Source: Mustelus asterias (Eukaryota). Taken from it: DNA of 64,000 nucleotides. Below, in pieces: positions 37,460 to 48,100 of this stretch. Position 1 is the first letter of the stretch; each line of letters starts with the position of its first letter. The stretch spans positions 1-64,000 of the forward strand of contig NW_027590140.1 in the NCBI RefSeq assembly GCF_964213995.1, in the 5' to 3' direction. The translations under genes and the position numbers were made by a program. The notes beneath the pieces are model-generated. The model searched no databases. It saw only the letters and a list, made by a program, of their open reading frames with translations, and was not told the origin of the DNA.

Positions 37460-40400
37460 ATATATTTAACTCGCTGTAGTGATAGCGAGTTGAGGAACAG
37501 GGAGCGAGTGCAGTTAAACATGTGGTTGCAGGGATGGTGTAGGAGGGAAGGTTTCAGATACGTGGATAATTGGAACACATTCTGGGGAAGGTGGGACCTG
37601 TACAAACAGGACGGGGTGCACCTGAACGAGAGGGGCACCAATATCCTCGGAGGGAAATTTGATAAGGCTCTTCAGGGGGGTTTAAACTAATTTGTCAGGG
37701 TAGTGGGAAAAGGAGTTGTAATCCAGAAGTCAGTGTTGAGGGTGGCGAGGTATTGGGGAAGGTATCAAGGTCAAGGGTGGGTACCGGTAGCAGGAAGGTG
37801 GGTTGAAGTGTGTCTACTTCAATGCAAGGAGCATCCGGAACAAGGTAGATGAACTTGCGGCGTGGATTGGTACTTGGGACTACGATGTTGTGGCCATTGC
37901 GGAGACGTGGGTAGCACAAGGACAGGAATGGTTGTTGAATGTTCTGGGGTATATATGTTTCAGTAAGTGTAGGGAAGCTGGCAAAAGAGGTGGAGGAGTA
38001 GCATTGTTAATCAAGGATAGTTTAACGGCTGCGGAAAGGCACTTCGAGGGGGATCTGCACACTGAGGTAATATGGGCTGAGCTTAGAAATAGGAAAGGAG
38101 GGGTCACGTTGTTAGGAGTTTACTATAGGTCCCCAAATAGTAATAGAGATGTGGAGGAAGAAATTGCTAAGCAGATTATGGATATGTGTGGGGGTCACAG
38201 GGTAGTTGTCATGGGGGACTTTAACTTTTCAAATATTGATTGGAACCTTTGTAGGTCAAATAGTTCGGATGGGGCAGTTTTCGTGCAGTGTGTGCAGGAG
38301 GGTTTCCTGACACAATATGTGGATAGGCCGACAAGAGGTGAGGCCACATTGGATTTGGTACTGGGAACTGAACCGGGCCAAGTGTTAGATTTGGTTGTGG
38401 GAGAACACTTTGGAGATAGTGACCACAATTCGGTGTCTGTTGTTATTGCAATGGAGAGGGATAGGGCCGCACGGCAGGGCAAGGTTTACAATTGGGGGAG
38501 AGGTAATTATGATGCGATGAGGCAAGAATTAGGGGGCATAAGATGGGAACAGAAACTGTCAGGGAAAGGCACTAATGAAAAGTGGAACTTTTTCAAGGAA
38601 CAAATACTGGGTGTCCTTGATGTATGTCCCTGTCAGGCAGGGAGGAAATGGCTGTGTGAGGGAACCATGGTTCACGAAAGAGGTGGAATATCTTGTGAAA
38701 AGGAAGAGGGAAGCTTATGTAGGGATGAGGAAACAAGGTTCAGATGGCTCGATTGAGGGTTACAAGTTAGCAAGGAATGAGCTGAAAAAGGGGCATAGGA
38801 GAGCTAGGAGTGGACATGAGAAGTCCTTGGCGGGTCGGATCAAGGAAAACCCCAAGGCTTTTTACTCTTATGTGAGGAATAAAAGAATGACCAGGGTGAG
38901 GTTAGGGCCGGTCAAGGACAGTAGTGGGAACTTGTGTATGGAGTCAGTAGAGATAGGCGAGGTGATGAATGAATACTTTTCTTCAGTGTTCACCAAGGAC
39001 AGGGGCCATGTTTTTGAGGAAGAGAAGGTGTTACAGGCTAATAGGCTGGAGGAAATAGATGTTCGGAGGGAGGATGTCCTGGCAGTTCTGAATAAACTGA
39101 ATGTCGATAATGCCCTGGGCCTGATGAAATATATCCTAGGATTCGTTGGGAGGCAAGTGATGAGATTGCATAGCCTTTGGCTTTGATCTTTGGGTCCTCG
39201 CTGTCCACGGGGATAGCGCCCGAGGACTGGAGAGTGGCGAATGTTGTTCCTCTGTTTAAGAAAGGGAATAGAAATGACCCTGGTAATTATAGACCGTTTA
39301 GTCTTACTTCGGTGGTTGGTAAATTGATGGAAAAGGTCCTTAGGGATGGGAATACGACCATTTAGAAAGATGCGGATTAATCCGGGATAGTCTGCACGGA
39401 TTCGTGAAGGGCAAGTCGTGCCTCACAAATTTGATTGAATTCTTTGAGGAGGTAACTAAGTGTGTTGATGAAGGTAGGGCGGTTCATGTCATATACATGG
39501 ATTTTAGTAAGGCGTTTGATAAGGTCCCCCATGGTCGGCTTATGATGAAAGTGAGGAGGTGTGGGATAGAGGGAAAGTTGGCCGATTGGATAGGTAACTG
39601 GCTATCTGATCGAAGACAGAGGGTGGTGGTGGATGGAAAATCTTCGGACTGGAGGCAGGTTGCTAGTGGAGTGCCACAGGGATCAGTGCTTGGTCCTCTG
39701 CTCTTTGTGATTTTTATTAATGACTTAGAGGAGGGGGCTGAAGGGTGGATCAGTAAATTTGCTGATGACACCAAGATAGGGGGAGTAGTGGATGAGGTAG
39801 AGGGCTGTTGTCGGCGGCAAAGAGACATAGATAGGATGCAAAGCTGGGCTGAAAAATGGCAAATGGAGTTCAACCCTGATAAATGTGAGGTGATTCATTT
39901 TGGTAGGACTAATTTAAATGTGGCTTGCAGGGTCAAAGGTAGGGTTCTGAAGACTGTGGAGGAACAGAGAGATCTTGGTGTCCATATCCACAGATCTCTA
40001 AAGGTTGCCACTCAAGCGGATAGAGCTGTGAAGAAGGCCTATAGTGTGTTAGCTTTTATTAACAGGGGGTTGGAGTTTAAGAGCCATGGGGCTCTGCTGC
40101 AAATGTACAGGACCTTGGTGAGACCACATTTGGAATATTGTGTGCAGTTCTGGTCACCTCACTATAAGAAGGATGTGGAAGCGCTGGAAAGAGTGCAGAG
40201 GAGTTTTACCAGGATGCGGCCTGGTTTGGAGGGTAGGTGTTATGAGGAAAGGTTGCGGGAGCTAGGGCTGTTCTCTCTGGAGCGGAGGAGGCTGAGGGGA
40301 GACTTAATAGAGGTTTATAAAATGATGAAGGGGATAGATAGAGTGAATGTTCAAAGACAATTTCCTCGGTTGGATGGAACTATTACAAGTGGGCATAACT

Positions 40401-40656
40401 ATAGGGTTCGTGGTGGGAAATAGGAAGGATATCAGAGGTAGGTTCTTTACGCAGAGAGTGGTTGGGGTGTGGAATGGACTGCCTGCAGTGATAGTGGAGT
40501 CAGACACTTTAGGAACATTTACGCGGTTATTGGATAGGCACATGGAGCACACAAGGATGATAGGGAGTGGGATAGCTTGATCTTGGTTTCTGATAAAGCT
40601 CGGCACAACATCGTGGGCCGAAGGGCCTATTCTGTGCTGTACTGTTCTATGTTCTA
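37460..40656 (+). mobile_element. Near-complete CR1 LINE: ORF1 esterase C-terminus plus frameshifted ORF2 (APE-RT)
   Basis: ORF1 WCRREGFRY..DLYKQDGVHLN (SGNH DxxH). ORF2 YFNARSI..AIAETW..GDFN..SDHN, FADDTKIGG, RPHLEYCVQFWSP. (TTCTATG)n tail; 12-bp duplication tgttctataact at 37448-37459 and 40657-40668. Confidence 0.95.
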
Positions 40657-40889
40657 TGTTCTATAACTCTCCCCAACGCCCCACCATGAACTGAGTAAAT
40701 CCTGCCGTGGTTCGATCTACCAAAATGCATCACCTCACATTTATCTGAAGTAAATTCCATCTGCCAGTCGTCAGGCCACTGGCCCAATTGATCAAAATCC
40801 CTTTGCAGTCCTTGAAACCGTTCTTTACAGTCCACTATGCCACCTATCTAGATGTCATCTGCAAACTTACAAACTGTGCCTCCTAAATT

Positions 40890-41055
40890 GGCGGGAGTAA
40901 CTATGACTCTCTTAGAAGGGTCTCACTAGAGAGTCATCTCTGGGTAGTTACCTCTGTGAATGTTATTGGCGTGTTTTGGCATTCACAGTGAAGTTGTGCC
41001 TCCTCGCGGCCCCGTCGGTAACCTTGGTGGCTTGCCACCAAGGGCTAAACAACTT
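40890..41055 (+). ncRNA. HDV-like self-cleaving ribozyme of an R2-type retrotransposon 5' end, including 28S rRNA target-site sequence
   Basis: P1 GGCGGG 40890-95 / CCCGUC 41011-16; P2 AAGUUGU 40991-97 / ACAACUU 41049-55; P3 GCC/GGC with L3 UCCUCGC; P1.1 GG 41017-18; P4 9 bp with CUUG loop, 41022-43; J4/2 GCUAA with the catalytic-position C at 41045. 40890-40914 equals the 28S sequence GGCGGGAGTAACTATGACTCTCTTA. Confidence 0.92.
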
Positions 41056-41863
41056 TGTTAAAAACAACGCAGAGACCGTAGATAGATAGTCCACAGAGAG
41101 ATTTGTGCGATTTGATATAGGCGGTTAGCGAAATGAATAATATTCCCGAAAAGGGGGAATCCGGATGGGTTGGGTCCCGGTTAAATAACAGCCCCCCAGA
41201 TGAGTCTGTAGCCGCTCTCTGGGAAAAATTCAAAAAGTTAGGCTATACTAGAACTAGCCCTAAGAAGCTAGAGACAAGTTCCGTCTCCACTCAAACAGAA
41301 GAGACGGTCTTGAGACCCGAGTTAAACTATCGGCACTATTGGGTGGTATATTCTGGTCCCAGTCCAGGTAAGGTAGCTACCCCAGTAGTTGAGGACATTG
41401 AACCTATTGTAGAGGAGCCCGTTCGGACGGCCATCCAACGGATGACGTAGTTGAGTTAACTACAGTTACCTTCTATAATAAGGCCTATAAAGCCCAGAAT
41501 ATGGGTTTGGGAAGCTTAGAAATAAGCAAAAATACCGTAAGCGATGTTGGTACTTCTGGTACCTTCATCGAGACTGTTAGCATAGAGCCAACTCAGGACC
41601 GAACTAAGGGTAGTATAGTTAATAGTTTTTAATTTTTCAGTCTTGATTCGGCCTATTCTATCAGTCCTGAGGTGGTGGAGTTTCGTGCACTGGGTACCAA
41701 CAACTTGGCTCGGTAGCCCCAATTAGATCTTGGGAGGGTAGTACCCCTGATTTGACCTTATAATCTGGCCTCAGTTTAGATTAGTAGTCCCTTGACTGTG
41801 AATTCGCTAGAGGTAGACAAACACGTCGACGAGCGACGTAAAGACTCGAACATGGCACTCATT

Positions 41864-42089
41864 NNNNNNNNNNNNNNNNNNNNNNNNNNNNNNNNNNNNN
41901 NNNNNNNNNNNNNNNNNNNNNNNNNNNNNNNNNNNNNNNNNNNNNNNNNNNNNNNNNNNNNNNNNNNNNNNNNNNNNNNNNNNNNNNNNNNNNNNNNNNN
42001 NNNNNNNNNNNNNNNNNNNNNNNNNNNNNNNNNNNNNNNNNNNNNNNNNNNNNNNNNNNNNNNNNNNNNNNNNNNNNNNNNNNNNNNNN
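41864..42089. other. Assembly gap (226 N)
   Basis: Run of N. Confidence 1.
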
Positions 42090-43559
42090 AAATACCAAAT
42101 CACGAACATAAATGACAAAAACGGTGGACCCAACACCGATCCCTGAGACAAACCGCTGGTCACAGGCCTCCGGGTTTGAAAAACAACTTTTGGCACCACC
42201 CTTTGTGTTCTGTCATCAAGCCAATTTTGTACCTATTTGTCATCTCACCCTGGATTCCGTGAGAATGAACCTTATGCAACAACCTATCATGTGATACCTT
42301 GTCGAAGCCCTTGCAAAAGCCCATGTAGTCAATATCAACTGCATTGCTCATGTACCTTCTTGGTTACCCCTTCAAAAAACTGCATTTAATTTGTGAGAAA
42401 TGATGTTCCACTCACAATGCCATGCTGACTCTCCCTAATCAGTCCTTGCCTCTCTAAATGCCTATCGATCCTGTCTCTCAGAATGCCTTCTAAAAACTTA
42501 CCCACTACAGATATGAGGCTCATCTCCCTGTAGTTTCCAGGCTTTTCCGTGCAGCCCATTTTAATCAAATACACAACATTTGCCACCCTCCAGTCTTCAG
42601 GCACCTCACTGTGGCTGGCCATGATTCAAATATCTCTGCCAGGGGAAAGTCAATTTCCTCTTTCGCCTCTCCCCCCCCCCCCCCCCGCCTCCCACAACGT
42701 CCTGTTATACACTTCATCAGGTCCCTGGGATGTATCTAGCTTGATGCACTTTAAGACATCCAGCACCTCCGTCTCTGTTACACGCCTCAAGACATCACTA
42801 TTTATTTCCCTAAGTTCCCGAACATTTTTTGCCTTTTACAAAACTAAATACCGATAAGAAATATTCATTTATCATTTCACCCTTCTCTTGTGGATCCGCA
42901 CATAAATTGCCTTGTTGATTCTTAATAGGTCCTACTCTCTCCCCTAGTTACTCTTTTACCCTTCATACATTTGTAGAAACTCTTTTGATTCTGCTTTGCC
43001 TTATCTGCCAAAACATTCTCGTGTCCTCTTTTTGCTCTCCTGAATCCTCTTATCTCTGCTTCTACACCCTCTATATTCTTCAAGGATGCATTTGATCCCA
43101 GCTGCCGGTGTATGACATTTATCTCATTCTTCTTCTTGACCAGGGCCTCAATATCCCCAGTTATCCAGCGTTCCCTCGTTCTACCAGCCTTGCCCATCAC
43201 GGTAAGAGGAATGTGCTTGTCCTGATACCTGGTTAACAGACTGTTGAAAGCCTCCCACTTACCAGACGCCTTTGCCTGCCAGCAAATTCCCCAATTAACT
43301 TTTGAAAGTTCCTGTCTGATAACATTAATATTGGCCTTGCCCCAATTTAGAATTTTAACTTTTGGGCCAGACCTATTGTTCTCCATAGCTATCTTAAAAC
43401 TAATGGAATTATGGTCACTCGTCCCAAAGTGATCCCTCACTCTCCTTGTGTCACCTGCTCTTCCTTATTTCCCAAGAGGAGATCAAGTTTCTCCCGCTCT
43501 CTCGTCGGAACATTGACATTCTGAAAGAGAAGTTCCTCCTGAATAAACTCGAAATTAAG

Positions 43560-44860
43560 GCAACATCGCCAAATTTGCAGATGACTCAAAAATAGGCGGG
43601 ACAGTAAGTTGCAAGGAGGAAATAAAAAAACTTAATAATGAAAAAAGTAGGTTAGGAGAGTGGGCGAAAATGTGGCAGCTGGAGTTTAAGGTGAATAAGT
43701 GTGAAATCATGCATTTTGGTCAGAAAAATGGGAAGACGACTTACTATCTAAATGGGGAGAGACTTTGGGATACTCCGGTGCAGAGGGATCTGGGTGTCTT
43801 CGTTCATGAGTCACAGGAATCTGCCATGCAGACAGCAGACAAATAAAGCGAAAGGAATGTTGGCAGTTATAGCTAAAGGCATAGAATATTAAGACAAGGA
43901 AGTATTGCTGCAACTATACAAGGTATTGGTGAGGCCGCACCTTTGTTTTGTTCCGCTTATTTGAGGAAAGATGTTGTGGCATTGGAGGCAGTCCAGAGGA
44001 GGTTCACCAGATTGATTCCAGAGATGAAGTGTTTGTCGCATGCAGAGAGATTGAACAGTTTAGGCCTGTACTCTCTGGAATTGAGAAGAATGAGGGGAGA
44101 TCAAATTGAGGTGTACAAGATGATAAAAGGCATGGATAAGGTAGACGTGGAACGAATGCTTCAGCTGTTGGGGCATTCTAAGATGGGATGTCATGGACTT
44201 AGGATGAGGGGTAGCAAATTTAAACTGAGTTGAGGAGGAACTACTTCTCCCAAAGGGTTTTGAATCTGTCGAATTCGCTAACCCAAAGTGCAGTGGATGC
44301 TGGGACAGTGAGTAAATTTAAGGAGGAATGAGACAGATTTTTAATTGGTTGAAGGGTTCTGGGATGAGGACCATATCCTCCATGATTGAATGGCGGAGCG
44401 GATTCGACGGGCCGAATGACCTAATTCTGCTCCGATATCTTGTGACCTCTTATGGCAGGGAGCAGACGGTGATGGTTGTGACAGACTTTCGGAGTGGAAG
44501 AGTATGTCTCCTGAGGGCCCCAAGGGATCAGTGTTTTTGCATCTGCGGTTTGCATGAGTGATTTCGATTTGAATGTTCGAAGCTTGAGCAATAAATTGGC
44601 ATTTGATACAAACATTTGCGAGGTGGTAGATAAGGCGGAGGTAATCTTGGTTCACAGAAGGATATAGATGACCTGGTCAGATAAGCTGGGCTATTGCAAA
44701 TGGAATTCGATCCGGCTCAATGTGAGGCGATGTGCTCGGGCAGGACAAACAAGGCAAGGGAATACATGATAAACGCAGGACCCTGGGAATCTCAGAGGGA
44801 CATTAGTGAGCATGTATAGCGGTCCCTGAATGTCGCACGACAGGTGGATAAAACGGGTAA
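43560..44860 (+). mobile_element. Two decayed CR1 fragments (about 43560-44450 with 3' end; about 44455-44860 RT piece)
   Basis: KFADDSKIGG, LEAVQRRFTRLIPEMK..LGLYSLE..MRGD. Confidence 0.85.
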
Positions 44861-44920
44861 TTGAATGAAAGAGGTCAAACTATTTGTGTGTCCTCATTTG
44901 GAGCTGGTGGCCATGTTCCT

Positions 44921-44992
44921 GGGTCTATGTTGTAATGGTGAGCACTCTGGACTCTGAATCCAGTGATCCGAGCTCAAATCTCGATGGAACCT
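44921..44992 (+). tRNA. tRNA-Gln(CTG), probably a pseudogene
   Basis: Anticodon arm ctgga-ctCTGaa-tccag is intact, but there are G3:A70 and C49:A65 mismatches, G10>T and T54>C in the B box. Confidence 0.75.
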
Positions 44993-45282
44993 TGCCTTCC
45001 TTTCCCAAAGCCGATAATGATTTTGCTGAAGGGACTTTTTTTTAAAATTCTCAGAAAGTCGAAATCTAAACACTGAGGTAATTTCGGCATATTCCACCGC
45101 AATCACTTTGCAGATGATGCAACGAATGACGCCCCTGTCGTCATTGCATCAGGCCCAGAGGACGTTTGCTCGAGAAGAAAAAGCGCTGAGAGGCAGAGAA
45201 GCCACAGCGGACAGGGGTCCACCTACGGGTGCCATTCAGTCACCCACCTGTCCCAATTTAAACAATTGTTCGGACGCCGAAT

Positions 45283-45314
45283 GTCCAGAGTGTGAACCGT
45301 TACACCATAGAACC
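45283..45314 (-). pseudogene. 5' half of tRNA-Gln
   Basis: Reverse complement ggttctatggtgtaacggttcacactctggac. Confidence 0.7.
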
Positions 45315-45643
45315 GATAGCACTCTGATATAAGACACTCTGATCTCCCAAAACGCACCTATGCACAGGCACACACACACACACACACACACAGAAACTCA
45401 CAAACTTGATCAATAATTGCCGGACTCCAGCCCAATGGTTGTGGTTGTGTGACACCAACTGCCCCTTTCTTTCAACAGAGGAATTAAAGGGTAGCGAAAA
45501 GATGAAAAAAAACACTGATGGTGCAGGCATCTGTCGCCAGAGGCTCAGCAATGTGCATTGTAATAGCAGCTGAACAGGCTGACAAAATTGTCGTTGGCAT
45601 TCCTGCTTTGTGAGAAATTTAAACGAAATGTCCATCAACAAAT

Positions 45644-45985
45644 GGGGCGGTACGGTATCACAGTGGTTAGCAATGCTGCTTCACAGCTCCAGAGACCTGG
45701 GTTCGATTCCCGGCTTGGGTCACTGTCTGTGTGGAGTTTGCACATTCTCCTCGTGCCTGCGTGGATTTCCTACGGGTGGTCTGGTTTCCTCCCACATTCC
45801 AAAGATGTGCGGGTTAGGTTGATTGGCAATGCTAAAATTGCTCTTAGTGTCGTGCGATGCGTAGATTAGAGGGATTAGTGGGTAAATATGTAGGGTTATG
45901 AGGGTAGAGCCTGGGTGGGATTGTGGTCGGTGCAGACTCGATAGGCCAAGTGGCCTCTTTCTGTGCTTGTAGGGTTTCTAAGATT
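45644..45985 (+). mobile_element. HE1-type SINE
   Basis: Full head with A and B boxes, core and tail. Confidence 0.9.
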
Positions 45986-46179
45986 CAAATCAACCCTCAG
46001 CAACGTCAAAGAAAAGCAAGGATCAGTCTGGTTCAGAGTGCTCACCATTGGACCAGAGAACCTCCAACATTGGAGCCGGCTGCAAATGGCCGCTTAAAGG
46101 ATTTGACCTTCCTGCTGTTGCTGCCACATTGAATGAAAGGGGTCACGTGCTTTGAGTGACCACTTGCAGCTGGCTTCTG

Positions 46180-46251
46180 GGTTCTGTGTTGTAATGGCCA
46201 GAACTCTGGACTCTGAATCCAGCGATCCAAGTTTAGATCTTGGTGGGATCT
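46180..46251 (+). tRNA. tRNA-Gln(CTG), probably a pseudogene
   Basis: Intact anticodon arm; the T loop TTTAGAT lacks C56, the D arm is mutated and the acceptor stem has many GU pairs. Confidence 0.7.
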
Positions 46252-46449
46252 TGCTTTTCTTTGCTGAAGCCGCTGATTGTTTTTACTCAAGGGCATTTTA
46301 ATCAAAATCCTCAGAACGTGGTACACTGAGAAAAATTCACCAAATTCCACCATAATCACATTGCAGACGCTGCAGCGAATGACTCTCCTGGCGTCATTGC
46401 ATCAGCCCCAGAAGACGATTGCTCAGAATACCAAGAGCTCAGTGGCAGA

Positions 46450-46757
46450 AACATAGATAGCCTTAGAGTACAGAAGGAAGCCATTCGGCCCATCAAGTTT
46501 GCACCAACAACAATCCCACACAGGCCCTATCCCCGTAACTCCACATATGTGCCCTGTTTGCTCCCTGCCACTGCGGGCAATGCAACATGGTCAATCAACC
46601 TAACCCGCACAACTTTGCATTGTGCGCTGGGTGCTCGGTTTCTCTCCACACACGCAGACACGGGGGGAATGTTCAAACTCCACACAGACAGTGACCCGTA
46701 TTGAATTCTGCACCAATACGCTGTGAGCCAGCAATGCTACCTAATGTGCTACAGTGT
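46450..46757 (-). mobile_element. HE1-type SINE (decayed)
   Basis: Tail cagaaggaagccattcggcccatc and core acgcagacacgggg..caaactccacacagacagtgaccc. Confidence 0.8.
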
Positions 46758-47837
46758 CAGAAAAGACACAGAGGGCAGGGAGTCTCCCTACCGATGTCAC
46801 CCACTGAGTTATCGTTCACAATTTAAACAAATATTAGGTCGATGAGAGTCGTGGTTCCTGTGGATTGAAGGAACGCATCGGTTAGGTTTTTGGAGTCGGA
46901 CAGAAAGAGGACATGTCCCCTTTTCTTTGTTTTTTGCCATTTTGCTTTCGGCCCACGTCCAATCCTTGATGCCCCTTGTGATCCCTTGCCCTTATATTTT
47001 GGCTTATTGTATTCTTGTCTCCTGGACCTTTTCCTTTTTTTAAAATGAATATGATTACTCTTGTTAGTTGTGAATGGCGACGCCGACAAAGTATTTAAAA
47101 TAACGCAGTCAAATGCAATTAAAATCTCGTGTGAGTGGAATTAAGATGGGGTTGTGGGGGGAGAGGAGGAAGACAGAGTGATGGTCGAGTTCTGCCGTAT
47201 TGTAGGTGGTTGGGGGGAGGTAGTTGTTGAGGTGGTGTGTGTCGGGGGAGGGGACGGTTAGGTTGGGGTTTCTGTGTTTCTGTGGCTTTGGCGTAAATCT
47301 TAAGGTAATGTGTGCGCTGGAGAGTTTTTTGTGGCTTTCCTGGATGGGGAGGTTTGGTGCCTGTTGCGGAGTGAGACTCTGTTTTTTTTGTTTTCTGGGC
47401 AGACGGACGGGGGGTGCGGGGATTGGGGTGTGTGGTTTGGTGGTAGCAGGTGGGCTACTGAGGGCAGCTCAGGAGGTTGTGGGGGGAATTCTTGGGGCTT
47501 TCCTGATCAGAAAATTGGTGGTTATGTTGTGTTTTGAAGGGTGGTTTGTTGTCTTCCCATGCCTTGACACTTTCGCCGCCCGTGTGTGTCTCCAAGGGTG
47601 GACGGGGTGAGGGGGCTCCCGGACCACTTGGGATCGAGTGACCTGTTATTTCTGAGTGTTCAATGTTGTGGTGGTCAGGATGGTGTTGTGTGGATTCGGG
47701 TGGTATGTGTCGGATTGGTGTGGAGGCATTGGTTGGCGGAGCGAGGGAGTCTACGGGCATCCTCGTTTATTTGGGTGGTTCATGGGTTTGTCATGAGGCA
47801 AGAACTTTTGGCAGGACAAAAATGACTTCTGTTACCA

Positions 47838-48100
47838 TTTATTTATTTCTTAATTAGTGTCCCAATAGGCTTACATTAACGATGCAATTAAGTTACTGTG
47901 AAAGGGTACACTGAGGGAGAATTTATCACGGACAATCCACATAACATACACATCTTTGGAGTGTGGGAGGAAACCGGAGCACCTGGAGGAAACTCACGCA
48001 GACACGGGGAGAACGTGCAAACTCTGCACAATGGTCCAAGTCAAGCCGGGTCACTGACGCCGTGAGACAGCACTGCTTACCACGGTGCCACCGTCCCGGC
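47838..48100 (-). mobile_element. HE1/V-SINE-core SINE variant
   Basis: Core gtgggaggaaaccggagcacctggaggaaactcacgcagacacggggagaacgtgcaaactc; tail like the copy at 14088. Confidence 0.8.

Larger units (their letters stand above)
40890..42092 (+). mobile_element. R2-type non-LTR retroelement copy or derivative inserted outside rDNA (3' part in the N gap)
   Basis: 28S target fragment and ribozyme, then a 105-codon ORF (41133-41450) continued by a frameshifted, stop-interrupted frame up to the gap. The host CR1 resumes after the gap. Confidence 0.8.
36737..43545 (-). mobile_element. Old CR1 LINE (host), interrupted by a younger CR1 (37460-40656) and an R2-type insertion (40890-~42092)
   Basis: Antisense ORF2 pieces are collinear: 3' end 36737-37459, RT 40657-40889, RT/linker/EN 42093-43545 (SGLSQGSVLGP, PEDWRVANVV, FGTSDHNSISF). 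Matches the copy at 62820-64000. Confidence 0.9.

Noticed and set aside
40890-40914. 28S rRNA gene or fragment as an rRNA feature
   Set aside because: Only 25 nt match and they form part of the ribozyme P1/J1-2; there is no flanking rDNA.
40875-41004. Direct repeat tgtgcctcct in the host flank and in ribozyme P2/P3
   Set aside because: The flank copy aligns with ordinary CR1 sequence; likely coincidence and not a TSD.
46823-46930. Peptide VLFLSDSK..TTTLIDLIFV resembling RNase H or APE endonuclease motifs
   Set aside because: Short, with no supporting upstream motifs, and its end overlaps the non-coding duplicated tRNA flank.
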